From Octopus sinensis (taxonomy: Eukaryota): 64,000 nt of DNA. Position 1 is the stretch's first letter, and each line of letters begins with the position of its first letter. The DNA lies in contig NC_043012.1 in the NCBI RefSeq assembly GCF_006345805.1, forward strand, positions 22,754,001 to 22,818,000, given 5' to 3'. The position numbers and the translations under genes are program-made. The notes under the pieces are model-generated. The model saw nothing but the letters and a program-made list of their open reading frames with translations. It did no database searches and had not been told where the DNA came from. Below, in pieces: positions 24,526 through 37,761 of the stretch.

Positions 24526-25725
24526 AAAATTGTAGTTAATTAAATACGTAATGCAATGATTAGTGAATGGGTACGGTTTCTGGTCATACATAGACAACTT
24601 TGGACCTATTTCAGTCTCATTAAACCTCTTCAGCAAAGAACTGTTTAACTGTTAGTGCAGATTATAGAATGACTCGAGAAGATTCAGAAAATTAAATTAT
24701 GAACCAAAAGCAGCTCTCGTAATGAAAATGTTTTGGGTTGCACATACAAAGTGCATGTGTTTTTGATTTTATGCCAAATTTGCTGTTGGACAGCATCCAG
24801 GGAAACTCTCCCTTGCAGGACACCAAGTGTTAAAGAACATTTGGTGTTTTTTAACACACAACGTCAGGTAAGGAGTTTTTCTTGGGTGCTATCCGGTAGC
24901 AAATTTGGCATATTACAAAACACATGCATTATGTATATGCACTCAAAGGTACAGAATTTATGTAAATGAATAATGCTAAGTGATACTACAACTTATAATG
25001 ATGTCTGGAGAAAAATACCCAGGGGTACCTGCTGTATGAATAATGCATAGTAAAGTAAGCACTAACATACTAATGTGGTGATTCACAAAATTGTAATTAT
25101 TTAGCGCATATTTATTGTTTGTTTTAATCCTGCCTGGTCTATGTACTTTTGCTGCAGGTTTTCAGTTCATAACACTTAGAGTCCTAGGCACAAAGACCAA
25201 AGTGTTTCTATCTAAAAGTTTAAGATCTTATATTTTTAAGTAGTTGTCTTTTGAAATATTGAAGTACATTTTCAAATACTTTCCACTAAATAGCCTTTCA
25301 CCTAACATTTCAAATACAACTTAAGAAATATCAGCAAGCTACATCGAATCCATTGTTGTTTCTCTTTGTTTTCTGGTGATCCATAGCAATAATGTAGCAG
25401 TTAATAGTTAAAATATTTCTATTGTTATGCAAAACTTATGCCATGACACATGATACATTTATTAGATTATTTTCTGTATATAAATCAGAATACCAATAGA
25501 CAGATTGGAAGATTTAAGAATGTATTTTTGTATTTTGTTTTTAGAAGTTCAGCCTATTGGAAACATTCTGATAAGAAAGGTTAAACTTTTTGAGACTGTC
25601 TTATGGCAGAGAAATATCTTTGCATTTAGCCGAAGCTATTGTCCAACACGGTATAGTTGCACTGAAATGCTTCTAGGCTTTTAGTAACAGCTGGTGCAAC
25701 ACAAATAGAAGAAATATGAACTTAC

Positions 25726-25882
25726 CATATCGAGTAACATTGAAAGATGACCCATTAATAGTTGACCCTCAGAGCTTGGTTCAGTCACTGAGTACTTGAA
25801 GACATCGCCACTCTTGTCTGCAACTAAAATGTTTTCATCGTCAGATGTGAAAACCACTGATGTACTGCGGCGGTTGACTGAT
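25726..25882 (-). CDS. WDR4: Internal exon (157 nt, phase 2 to 0) of tRNA (guanine-N7)-methyltransferase non-catalytic subunit WDR4/Trm82
   Basis: Encodes (R)SVNRRSTSVVFTSDDENILVADKSGDVFKYSVTEPSSEGQLLMGHLSMLLDM, matching the WDR4 motifs VADKSGDV and GHLSMLLD. The acceptor is TTCTTCAG| and the donor |GTAAGT. Confidence 0.88.
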
Positions 25883-26436
25883 CTGAAGAATAGATTTTTA
25901 AAGAGTGTTTTAGAAAAACGCAGCGAAGAAATAAATAAATCCAACATCAAATTTCAGTATGGCAAATATTAAAGGAATCTGTATTCTTCACTGTTTGTAC
26001 GGGAGGTTAGCATCAAGTGCATTGTATCACAAGAAAGCTCTATTAAACAAACATACTTTCTTTCAAATAAAGAAACCATTTTCTTTCTTTTTTTCCTTTT
26101 TTTGACGGATACATTTCTATTTAAGCGTATGTGGTGGGTGGGAACCTGGCAGTAATTGGGAAAATGAAGCTATCTACCAGAATCATTGTCATCGTCATCA
26201 TCATTGTAATTATCTTCATTGTTTTAACGTCCACTTTTCCATGCTTGTATGGGTCAGACAAGATTTATTGAGGCAGATTTTCTACAGTGAGACATTCACC
26301 CTTTCTGTCAGGTTTCATTTCTTTCCAGGTGAGGTATATTTCTTCAAGTCCCCCATATACAAACTGCACAATGGCTGGTCATGTTTTCAAAGAAGATTGC
26401 AAAGAAACAACGCTTGTGTAACAGTGACAGGATTAA

Positions 26437-26649
26437 CCCTTTAAACATGCCATATCCGGCCCAAATATGCTTTCTGTTTTATGTTGTAACCAGCCAGATC
26501 CAGCCTATCACACTTACCCTTCAATGCCATTATAAAATATACAATCACATTGTCAAAATTTTGAAGCTACAAAATGACACACGCTTAATTAAAAACAACA
26601 TGAATAAAAAAAGCATTGCATTTGACAGAATAATTTGAATGCTAACGGG
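26437..26649. mobile_element. piggyBac-type MITE
   Basis: TTAA|CCCTTTAAACAT ... ATGCTAACGGG|TTAA. Confidence 0.75.
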
Positions 26650-26804
26650 TTAAAATTAGTGCATGAGATCAAAGCATCAAGACACATGCACACAGACACA
26701 CAAGGCTTGGTGGGTTGGTACAGAGCTATGGAAGGAGACACTTGCCCACAATGTCACACAGTAGGCCTTGACAGGAAATCAGAATACTTTTCTAATTTCT
26801 AATT

Positions 26805-27210
26805 CTCTTTTACTCTTTTACTTGTTTCAGTCATTTGACTGTGGCAATGCTGGAGCACCGCCTTTAATCAAGCAACTCGACCCCGGGACTTATTCTTTTT
26901 GTAAGCCCAGTACTTATTCTATCGGTCTCTTTTGCCAAACCACTAAGTAACGGAGACATAAACACACCAGCATCGGTTGTCAAGCAATGCTAGGGGGACT
27001 AACAGAGACACACAAACACACACACGCATATATATATATATATATACGACGGGCTTCTTTCAGTTTCCATCTACCAAATCCACTCACAAGGCTTTGGTCG
27101 GCCCGAGGCTATAGTAGAAGACACTTGCCCAAGGTGCCACACAGTGGGACTGAACCCGGAACCATGTGGTTGGTAAACAAGTTACTTACCACACAGCCAC
27201 TCCTGCACCT
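26805..27210 (-). mobile_element. Young tRNA-derived SINE
   Basis: Full-length reverse complement of the family consensus. Confidence 0.9.
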
Positions 27211-27831
27211 GATTTGTTTATGAGAATTGACTCAATAACCAACAATTTAAATTTTTAAAAAAATCTCAATTACCTGGAAAGTTTGGTGGAACAGAAGAAA
27301 TTTAAGATAATTGTCATCAACTGTATCAAACAACTTAAAAGTAATTGCCAATGCTTATTATAATAATCACTCTAATCGCTATTAAACAACAATAACTTTA
27401 AAATAACTAAAATGTTTAATGATCTAAATAAAACACTGTAATTATTCATAACGAAGCACAGAGAAACGAAAACAGCTTGAGAAGTTAAAGGATATGTTAA
27501 AACAAACAACAGTGAACTCATGCTTTGCTTGTTGCTAATAATTTCAATGTACTTTTATTATGAAGTTATTTTAAAGCAGAAATGTAAAATTTTGCTGTGT
27601 CTCGGGAGAGACATAATGCCAATAATAAACACATGCACTGGTTTTATTTCACTTCTTTTATTATTATTAGCCAACTGAAGGAATTGTTAGCACACCAGAC
27701 AAAATGATTAGCAGCACTTCTTCTAGCTTCATGTTCTGAGTTCTAATTCTGCTGAGGTTGAGTTTGTCTTCCATCCTCTTGGGGTTACTGTAATTCACTG
27801 ACATTTCCCTCAAAATTTCAGGCCTTGTGCA

Positions 27832-29395
27832 TCATCATCATCGTTTAATGTCCGTTTCCCATGCTGGTATGGGTTGGACAGTTTGACTGGGGTCTGGGAA
27901 GCCAGGAGGCTGCACCAGGCTCCAATCTGATCTGGCAGTGTTTCTACAGCTGGATGCCCTTCCTAATGTCAACCACTCCTGAGAGTGTAGTGGGTGCTTT
28001 TTATGTGCCACCGGCATAGGGGCCAGAGGAGGCTGGCAACAACCACGATCGGCTGGTGCTTTTTAAGTGCCACTGGCACAGAAGCCAGTCAAGGCAGCGC
28101 TGGCATCGGTCATGTTTGGATGGTGCTTTTTACGTGCCGCCAGCATGGAGATCACAACTTCAATTTCCATTTGATTTCGGTTTTGAATTACTTGACTCAA
28201 TAGGTCTCCTCAAGCATGGCATGTTGCCCACGATCCAAGGTACTTTTGAGTGGGCTGGTTATACAACACTGGTGTAAGTTACAGCTGTGAACTCACTTTA
28301 TTTGCCGGATCTTCTCAGTCACAGTAAATCTCCAGAGGTCTCGGTCTTTTGTCAGTGCCTCTGTGAGGCCCGACGTTCAAAGGTCATGCTTCCCCACCTC
28401 ATCTCATGTCTTCCTGGATCTCCTTCTACCCCGGATTCCTTCCACTGATTAGGAGTGGCACGTCTTCACACAGCTCTCCTCCTCCATCCGTAGTACATGA
28501 GCATACCAACACAAATGTCTCTCTTGCATACCACATCAGATGCCTCTTATGTCCAACATTTCTCTCATGGTGCTTACAATCTATCGTGTGTGCACACTGA
28601 CATGACACATCTAGCAGATCATGCTAGCTTAATTTCTTTCAAGCCTACGCATGTCCTCATGGCCCATGATTCACTGCCATGAAGCATGGCAGTTTGCACA
28701 CATGCATCGTACAATCTACCTTTCACTCTGAGCAAGAGGTCCTTTGTCACCAGTAGGGGCAGAAGCTTTCTGAACTTTGCCCAGGCTATTCTTATTCTAG
28801 TGGTAACACTCTCTGAGCATCCACCTCCACTACAGACTTGGTTACCTAGGTAGCGGATTCTTTCAACTATTTCTAGTTTCTCTTCCTGGCATGTGATGGA
28901 ATCTGTTTTCTAATCACGTGTGGCATGTTGGCCCTGTGCATCTGCTGCACATGAAATTTATTTTCCCAGTTAATCTTCCTTTGATGTTGCTGCACCTCTT
29001 ATGTGTCCATAGCTTACACTGGGTACATCTTATGGGGTTTCTACCTACACCTTTTCTCCAGATTGAGCAGGGTCACCTATCTGAAGGCATGTGTGGTGTG
29101 TTTACCTTCCTACTTAGTAGAACTTTGGTGTTTGCGACATTGACTCTAAGGCCCTTTGATTCTAAACCTTGTTTCCACACCTGAAATTTCTTCTCTAGTT
29201 CTGGTATTGATTCTGCTATGAGGGCCAGGTCATCAGCATAGAGGAGCTCCCAGGGGCAATCTGTGTTGAATTCCTCTGTTATTACCTGGAGGACTATGAT
29301 GAATAAGAGGGGGCTGAGGGCTGACCCTTGGTAGACCCCCTATTTCTAACTGGAATTCTTCACTATGCTCATTGCCAACCCTAACCTTGTTTCTA
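27832..29395 (-). mobile_element. 5'-truncated RTE-clade LINE (RT motifs to 3' UTR and (GAT)n tail), pseudogenised
   Basis: QGSALSPLLFIIVLQ...CPWELLYADDLALIAES (YADD at 29229-29240)...GLRVNVANTK...PHD-like Cys cluster...YLG...AWAKF...KGRLYDACV...HGSESW, with stops and frameshifts. The 3' UTR matches the many short copies. Confidence 0.92.
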
Positions 29396-30264
29396 TTATA
29401 GAAACAAATATCTCTCAGATGCCAGTGGTGAGCTGGCAGAATCACTATAGCAGACCAGACAAATTGCTTGGTAACATTTCTTCCAGCTCTTTCGGTCCAC
29501 CAAGGTCAAGTTTGGATTTCATCCTTTTAAGGTCAATAAAATTAGCACTGGTCAAGTACTTGTGCCTGTAGTAACTAGGATTAACCAAATGATTTTTTAA
29601 GACTAATTGTTCTGTCAATCAATTACTCAGCTGTTGCCATCCTCAATCTTATCAATGACATGCACAATGGGATATAAGTAAAAAAAATATGTTAAAACAC
29701 CAAAAAAAAAAAGAAAAAGAACAGCCAAAATATTTGAAAAATTGGAAAACAATTAAGATGTATGTTTAATCTATTTTTAATCAGGTGTGCAACATTCATA
29801 GTACCTTTTTAATCAGCCAAATTGTAAATTGTTAGTGGCAATATTATATTCTATTTTTTATTTGTTTCAGTCACTGGATTGTGGCCATGCTGGAGTACCG
29901 TCTTGAAGGGTTTTAGTCAAAGGAACTGACACCAGGAATTATTTTTTAAGCCTGGCACTTGGCATGTTGGTCCAGTTTGCTGAACTGCAATGATGTAAAC
30001 AAACCAACACCGGTTGTCAAGCAGTAGGGTGGAAGGGACAAACACACACACAAACAGATATGATGGGCTTTCACCTAGTTTCCATCAATCAAATTCACTC
30101 ACAAGGCATTGGTCAGCCCAAGAGCTATAGGAAAAGACACTTGCACAAGGTGCCGTGCAGCAGGACTGAACACGAAACCACATGGATGCAAAGCAAGATT
30201 CTTAACCACATCACCATTATCTTTGCACCTAAACATGTGTGTGTATGTGTGTGTGCATGTATGT

Positions 30265-30301
<37 letters not shown>

Positions 30302-30313
30302 CATAACAGAGTA

Positions 30314-30500
30314 AACACAAAAATGTGAAACAAGGTGGAAAAAATAGTACTCAAATACCAGAGGTAGAGTAATATGCTTTATCAACAAAGCTGGAAAACA
30401 TGACAAAAAATGCTACTCAGAGTTTCATATTCCCGGTTTGTCGGACAGTTTTCGCAACCATGCACATTAAAGTTCAGAGTCAACCTGTGCCAAGTGGCTT
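30314..30500 (-). mobile_element. Older copy of the hammerhead-bearing element at 54030-54283, with decayed core
   Basis: Shares aaatgtgaaacaaggtg..aaaatagt.ctc.aataccagaggtaga. Minus strand 30408-30450 reads AACTGT CCGACAA ACCGGGAATAT GAA ACTCTGAGT A GCATTT. Confidence 0.7.
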
Positions 30501-30600
30501 CACTCTGTATACTTTAGCTTCCTTGCTATGGCAACAATTCAGTTACTTATTGATCAGACCACATACACACACACACACATATTATATATACACACACTTC

Positions 30601-30631
<31 letters not shown>

Positions 30632-31057
30632 AAACCTGCAGCCATGCACATATATGTATGCATAAACTCCAACTTTATTGTGCTGTATTTGCAGCCTGTA
30701 TTTTCTCTCTTCTGAAGTACCTCAATTGTCACTCGTCAGAACCTCTTACCTTTATTTCATCCCCCATCTCCATCTTTGCCCACCTGTAATTGCTAACCAC
30801 TCCCTTCCACTGTCACTTCTATACAGTCCTGCCTTCTTGCCTTTGTACTCTTATTACTTCTACCTGTTCCAGTTCTTGTGATGTTTCTCTTTGTTATTGG
30901 TTTTCATCTTCTTTCTCTGAGTTTTCCCGTCTCAATCACCTGTGATCACCTGTGCAAATACACACGCCCTAATTTATGGTCTTTTCTCTATACAAACATT
31001 TACTTCCCTACAGTTCTATATTTAAAAGATGAGGAATTATGTACATTATGTACATAA

Positions 31058-31212
31058 TTTACATTTGACAGATATTTGTCCTCATCTTGTTTTTTGTTAA
31101 CACAACATTTTGGCTGATATACCTTCCAGCCTTCATCAGGTGTTTTGGAGAAATTTTGAACCCAAGATTCCGAGTTCAATTCCAGGCAGTGACTTGAATA
31201 ATAATAATAATG

Positions 31213-31289
<77 letters not shown>

Positions 31290-31406
31290 AGGAACGAGAA
31301 CCCAGGTTCGAAATTTCCCCAAGACACCTGATGAAGGCTGGAGAGTATATCAGCTGAAACGTTGTGTTAACAACAAGATGAGGACAAATATCCGTTGAAT
31401 GTAAAT
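31058..31406. mobile_element. Head-to-head pair of a hammerhead-bearing short element around an (AAT)n(GAT)n spacer
   Basis: Inverted arms at about 31058-31170 and 31290-31406. Confidence 0.8.
31323..31368 (+). ncRNA. Minimal type I hammerhead ribozyme
   Basis: GACAC CTGATGA AGGCTG GAGAGTATAT CAGCT GAA ACGT T GTGTT. The inverted partner at 31099-31144 has GAAA changed to AAAA. Confidence 0.72.
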
Positions 31407-31951
31407 AATTTACTTCCTTGTCCTCATCTCTCTCATACCCATACCCGGTTTTTCTCTCATTGTTCATATATATTTTCTGTGTACAAACACCCCTTTCACA
31501 GGCTGTTAACACTGAAATTGTTGGCTAAATGAACAGAGAAAGTATAGGGATATGCTGTCCCTCTAGAATAGTCTCACCAACACCTATCCAACTTCTCTTG
31601 AGTTGGTGTCTGAAGAAAATGCCCACCATACATCCTGAGAAGTGGTTGCCTTCGGGAAGGGCACGTAGGTGTAGAAATTAAACCAAATGATAATACGAAC
31701 CACAAGACTTTGGCAGCTGTAGTCTCTAATGGGAGGCATCTTGGACCATGTTGACCAGTCCAACCCATGCCAACATGGATGGCAGAAAACAGGTGTGGTG
31801 TTCAAAGCTTTATAGGGCATACACGCATTTCAGCAAAATGCCAAAATAATTACATAACCATGTCATACTGTACTGGATACCAGAGTGGAATGAGCAACTC
31901 ACTGCTGAGCCCAATAATGGTTGATGTCACCTTTTACTGAGCCCTTTTTTG

Positions 31952-31992
<41 letters not shown>

Positions 31993-32665
31993 CATATATA
32001 TATCAATATATACATATATATACACATATACATACACACACACACACATATATACATATGAGTATATATATTCCTATATATACTCTTTACTCTTTTACTT
32101 GTTTCAGTCATTTGACTGCGGCCATGCTGGAGCACCGCCTTTTAGTCGAGCAAATCGACCCCAGGACTTATTCTTTGTAAGCCCAGTACTTATTCTATCG
32201 GTCACAGGTTTGGTGATATAAACAAAAGAAAAAAACCCCCTCAAAACTTTTATATGTGTTTTTTTTTTATTATTAATTGGCCAAAGTTACAAAGTGACTC
32301 AAGGGCCAACATGCATTGCCATTTATTGATAAGTGCCAATGCACGAAACTCTCAAGTTCTTCCACAGATTAATAACACACTCACACACACACTCACACAT
32401 CCATCAGTTTTAATATACTGTAATTAAGTGAAGTACACTTTCAGCTTACACGTTGCATCTGCAAACACCATTGTTTTTTTTCCATCAAAAGTTAAGCCAT
32501 GTAAATGTGTGTCCTTACAAGTTACATCTATTTATGGTCCAAAAAAAAACACTAGGTAGAGCTGTACCATCTGTTATAGTAGGTATAGTATTTGCGTCAC
32601 TACTACTACTACTGCTGCTGCTGCTGCTTCTACTACTACCACTACCACCACTACTACTACTACTA

Positions 32666-32870
32666 CTACCATAAGCTCTGAGCAACGTTTTATTTTTTTT
32701 ATGTTTGTTTTTTTGGGGGGTTTGCTTGTTGTTGTTTTTTTGTTGTTTTGTTTTGTTTTTTTGTTATGTTTATGCCTGTGGGATGCTGGTGCAGCCTACT
32801 ACTACTGCTGCTACTACTTCTACTACTACTACTACTACTGCTACTACTACTGCTACTACTGCTGCTGCTG

Positions 32871-32901
<31 letters not shown>

Positions 32902-32953
32902 CATCACCACCACTACTACTACTGCTCCTATACTATTACTACTACTACTGCTG

Positions 32954-32984
<31 letters not shown>

Positions 32985-33355
32985 CACCACCACTATTACT
33001 TAGTAGTGTTGGTGGTATTGGTTGTAGTGGTGAAATCATTTTTACTGTTGTTGTTGTTGTTGTTGATTCACTTAGTTTCCTTCTGACAGAGAAGCAAAAA
33101 GCTTATTTATTGTTTACCTCTTTTGTTCGAGAGCCGGTCTGGCTTAATGAGATAGCATGACTTTTCATGGATAAACTCTTTTGTCCAGTAATGAAGGCAC
33201 GTGTTAGTGCGCAAGCGTCGCAGTGGCTGCACCAGCATCCCGCAGGCATAAACATAACAAAAAAAACAACAACAAAAAAAACAACAAGCAAACCAAAAAA
33301 AAAAAACAGACAAAAAAATAAATAAATAAATAAAACTTTGCTCAGAGCTTATGGT
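32666..33355. repeat. Long inverted repeat, ~130-bp arms (32666-32796 / 33225-33355)
   Basis: accataagctctgagcaa(c/a)gtttt...ttatgtttatgcctg(t/c)gggatgctggtgcagcc occurs in both orientations. Confidence 0.9.
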
Positions 33356-33818
33356 CGTAAACTAGTGGCAGTGCACAACAATAAACCTTTGCTTTGGTTA
33401 TTTCCTGGTGTTTCACACACATCAACCTTAGCTAATGTGTCAGTCCTTCCCTCCCACACACACACCTTGCGTTTCTCTTACGCTGCTCTCCGAGTCCTTT
33501 CCTCATTTAAAGCTATTTCTTCTATTATCACCTCTCACCCTCACCCCCACCCCAAACTCCCTAACCCACCCCACCCCCAAATCCCAAACCCAACCCACCC
33601 CCACCATCATCATCTTTGCTCTGTTTTTAATGCTCTTTCACACACACACACACACTTTTGCACTCGCATTTACACTTACACACACCTGCACACACACGTA
33701 TGCATCACTCACACACTTGTACACACATATACATACGCAATTACCTTTTTTTTTCCCCTTTCCTTTTTTTTTTTTTTGCTTCTCTCTGTTCTTGATTACA
33801 TTATGCAGTTCAGGTTAA

Positions 33819-33895
33819 ATGGGGTGTGACAGTTTTTGTAAGGCCAAAGCTGGCTTGGGGACATTACAGGTCCCAACCTGCATCGAATCCCCCAG
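33819..33895 (+). CDS. Candidate first coding exon of an unidentified gene (MGCDSFCKAKAGLGTLQVPTCIESP-R)
   Basis: Pyrimidine tract plus CAG acceptor at 33808 or 33813, in-frame TAA just before the ATG, donor CCAG|GTAAAT, phase 2. No homology recognised. Confidence 0.35.
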
Positions 33896-34190
33896 GTAAA
33901 TATAACAGCTGAGAACTTGAAATATGAACTGGAGTGAGTGTCGGTGGGTGCGGAGAGAAATAGAGAGAGAGACAGTGGTGGTGGGGGAGAGATGGTCACA
34001 ATAGATCAGGTGAGGGAGAAATATAACAGGATGGAATGTAAAGTGAGAGAGAAAAAAAGAGAGAAAGAAGAGGAAGGAGAGAGAGGAGAGAGAGAAAGAT
34101 TAAAAGAGGATATTGGAACTCATAAAAGAGTTTCAGGTATCAACAAAAATACATAGAAAGAATACAGGTAATAAAGTTAGGCATATTATA

Positions 34191-34223
<33 letters not shown>

Positions 34224-34649
34224 ATTATTATTATCTTTTAAGGTGGTGAGCTGGCAAAATCATTAGCATCCGGTACAAAATGCTTTGTGGCTTTTCATTC
34301 ATCTTTTTGTTTTAAGTTCAAATTCTTGAATTTGCTTTTCATCCTTTTGAAGTCAACAAAATCAGTACCAGTTTTACACTGGGGTCGATGTAATTGTTGA
34401 CTTAACCCCTTTCCTGAAATTGCTAGTCTTCTACCAAAATTAGAAATCATTATTATTATTATTATTATTATTATCATTATATTATTATTATTAATATTAT
34501 AATCATTATTATTCCACTGAGGTGGACTTTGCCTTTCATCCTCTCAGGGTCGATAAATTAAGTACCAGTGAGAAACTGGTGTTGATGTAATTGATTACTC
34601 CTCTCCCACGAAAGTTCAAGCCTTGTGCCAAAATTTGAAACCATTATTA

Positions 34650-34684
<35 letters not shown>

Positions 34685-35135
34685 GACGTGCTAAGCTGGC
34701 AGAATCGTTAGCATCCCAGACAAAATATTTAGAGGTCTTTCATCCATCTTTACATTCTGAGTTTAAATGCAGCCAGGGTCTACTTCACCTTTCAACCTTT
34801 TGTGGTCAGTAGACTAAGTACCAGTATTACACTGGGGTTATTGAGAGGGAGAGAGGGATGTCTATGTAAAAACATCTTTGTAGCCACATGGTTTTAGATT
34901 GAATCTCATTGCAATGGCACTTTGGCCATAGCAGAATCTTCTACCATAGCCTTGAGCTAATCAAAGCCTTGTGAGTAGATTTGTTAGATTGAAGCCAAAA
35001 GAAGATTATCATATATATTATGCTTGGTTTGTTTATGGCCCAGTGAATTGCTGGTTTGGTAAAACAGATTGACAGAAAAAGTGCCGAGCAGACTTTAAAA
35101 AATAACAACTGAAGTGGCGCAGTTCAACTGAAGTG

Positions 35136-35526
35136 GCGCAGGAGTGGCTGTGTGGTAAGTAGCTTGCTAACCAACCTCATGGTTCCGGGTTCAGTCCCAC
35201 TGCGTGGCATCTTGGGCAAGTGTCTTCTGCTATAGCCTCGGGCCGACCAATGCCTTGTGAGTGGATTTGGTAGACAGAAACTGAAAGAAGCCTGTCGTAT
35301 ATATGTATATATATATATGTATGTGTATTTGTGTGTCTGTGTTTGTCCCCCTAGTATTGCTTGACAACCGATGCTGGTGTGTTTACGTCCCCGTCACTTA
35401 GTGGTTCGGCAAAAAGTGACCGATAGAATAAGTACTGGGCTTACAAAGAATAAGTCCCAGGGTCGATTTGCTCGACTAAAGGTGGTGCTCCAGCATGGCC
35501 GCAGTCAAATGACTGAAACAAGTAAG
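35136..35526 (+). mobile_element. Young tRNA-derived SINE
   Basis: ggcgcaggagtggctgtgtggtaagtagcttgct...gactgaaacaagtaag. Confidence 0.9.
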
Positions 35527-37761
35527 TGGATTTGTTTGACTAACACTCTTCCAGGCAATGTCCCAGCATGGTTGCAATCCAATGACTGAAACATGTAAAC
35601 GGTAAAAGATATTATTTTATGTAAATGCGCATGTGTGTGTGTGTATATATAAATATATATGTATGTGTGTGTGTGTGTGTAGACAAGCATTCTGTTTTAG
35701 TTGCTTCTTGAATAAGGGACTACTATGGCAACAGGCAATGGTGGGAAAGAATTACAGCAACAGTTGTGAAAACAATAAAGAAATAATGGTTGTATATGTT
35801 GAGTCAGAAAGTTGTAGCTGGTTGCACAATGAGAGGAGGAGGGAGAGAAGGAAAGAGTAAGAGTGAAAATGAAAGTGAAAGTAGAGTAGAAACGAACAAA
35901 AACGCTGTACTTGGTAGGTAAAATAACATTGTCAGTCTGTGTATACGAGTTGTTATACATATGTACATATGACTAAGAATAACTGTGTGTAGCTCTATGT
36001 TGAAGTGAGTGTAAAAGGTATCTATGTATGTAACTATGCATATGTGTATGGAAGGGTTAGAGTAAAATGAGTGTAAATAAAAGGGTACCAAAATGAGATG
36101 GAAAAAGAGAGAGAGAGAGAGAGACAGAGAGCAAAGAATGAGTAAAATAAAGTGCAAAGCGTTGTATAATAATAGGGAGGTGTCAACATTGCTAACAAAG
36201 AGTGCAAAGTAGGGAGGGAGTAAGAAAGAGAGGAAAGAGATGAGAGAGAAGAGGAAGTATGAAAAGAAGAAAGGAGGATGAGAGAAAGAAGAAAGAAAGA
36301 AGAGGAGGAGGAGGAGGAGGAAACAAATGGAGCTTTTAGCTCTGCAGGTGTGGCCTTGCAGGTCTACACATCATTTGTGATTCAGCCAGGAGAGTTGTAC
36401 TGATGCACTACGACATCCTTTATTTACCAAGCGTGATGAAAATAATGATGCTTTTGACATGGAACAATAGCAAGCCAGGGGAGAACTAGTACAAGCTGGC
36501 AACAATAGTTTGTTGTTTGCTTGGCTTTTGTTTTTTTTGTTTTTTTATATATTCTCTTTTCTCTTGTTTTCGTTTGTAATAAACCCCCCAAACATACTAC
36601 TTTAAAACTAGCCCCTTCTCTTGAGCTGACTCTTTAATAGGTGGCTGGCTGGCTGGCCCAGTTAACAGGTTGTTAGGTGTTTCACCTTTGCTGTATTTAT
36701 TAGTCTCGTTTAAGTCTTGTCGAATCTAACTCTACTCAAAATTTCTTTTCACTGTTGAACTTTTACAAGTTCGTTACTAATCGGGTTTCTTTTCCCAATT
36801 TACCTTAAAGGTATCAATCACTTTTCTCTTGATGAATAATTTTGCTGCAGACTTCCTTATTTTCTCTTCTATCATATATGTGTATGGGTGTGCATGCATG
36901 TGTGTGTGTATGCATGTGTGTGTGTATGAATGTGTGTGTGTATGCATGTGTGTGTGTGTTGTGCAGGTGTGTGCGTGCATGCATGTGAGTGTGCATATGT
37001 CTTTGTATATATATATATTTGTTGCCACAAGACTTCAGTGAGAAACTGCTTCAATACAAACTGTGAGGAAGATCTTCTGGATGGATAATATTTTTTCACT
37101 GACTCTATCACGTGGATCCCACCTGAGAGTTAAATTAAGGGTTTAAGTGTCTGTGGAGTACTCAGCCACTTGCACACTAATTCAATGTGTTGTTAGTTGA
37201 GTTGTTTGAAACCAATGCAAGAATCATTTACTTTCCATTTACCATTTTCTCCACCTGCAGCAGAATGCACAACAACATGAGATTGTTGTCTCTCTACTAT
37301 GAATCCATGTTATTGGACATACCTCATGTTTATTCCATCAGCCATACTCTTCTATGCTTGCTTTGAGCATGTTGGAAGAGGATATCAATTTTCGAATTTT
37401 CCCTCTTTTAGATTGATTACTTTCACCACAGCTATGCAGCACCATCTACCCTTACAAAATTCTATTTAGCCCCTTGACGGGACCCTAACAGGTGTTACCT
37501 TTCCAGGTTACAATTGACAGGACAGAAGTGTTAATTAAGGAATGACTCCACACTCCCCACAGTTCCAGAACTTGAGCCTCAACACTGGATGCAGTTTAAT
37601 GCTGCACCCAGCACTTTTACATACCAATTAAATTAAGAATTTGAGTTGAGTTTTTCCAGCTAGGTATGCATCAGGCAATTAATCAATGTAAAAGGGTTGG
37701 TTGGGTCATCCATTACTCTCCCTCAAACTTTTAAGAATGTTTCCACTCTCTTCTTCCCTCC

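Noticed and set aside
25170-25215. IETLWSLCLGL resembling WDR4 IESFCLGH
   Set aside because: It is flanked by stops, lacks DRDEK and has wrong spacing; treated as chance.
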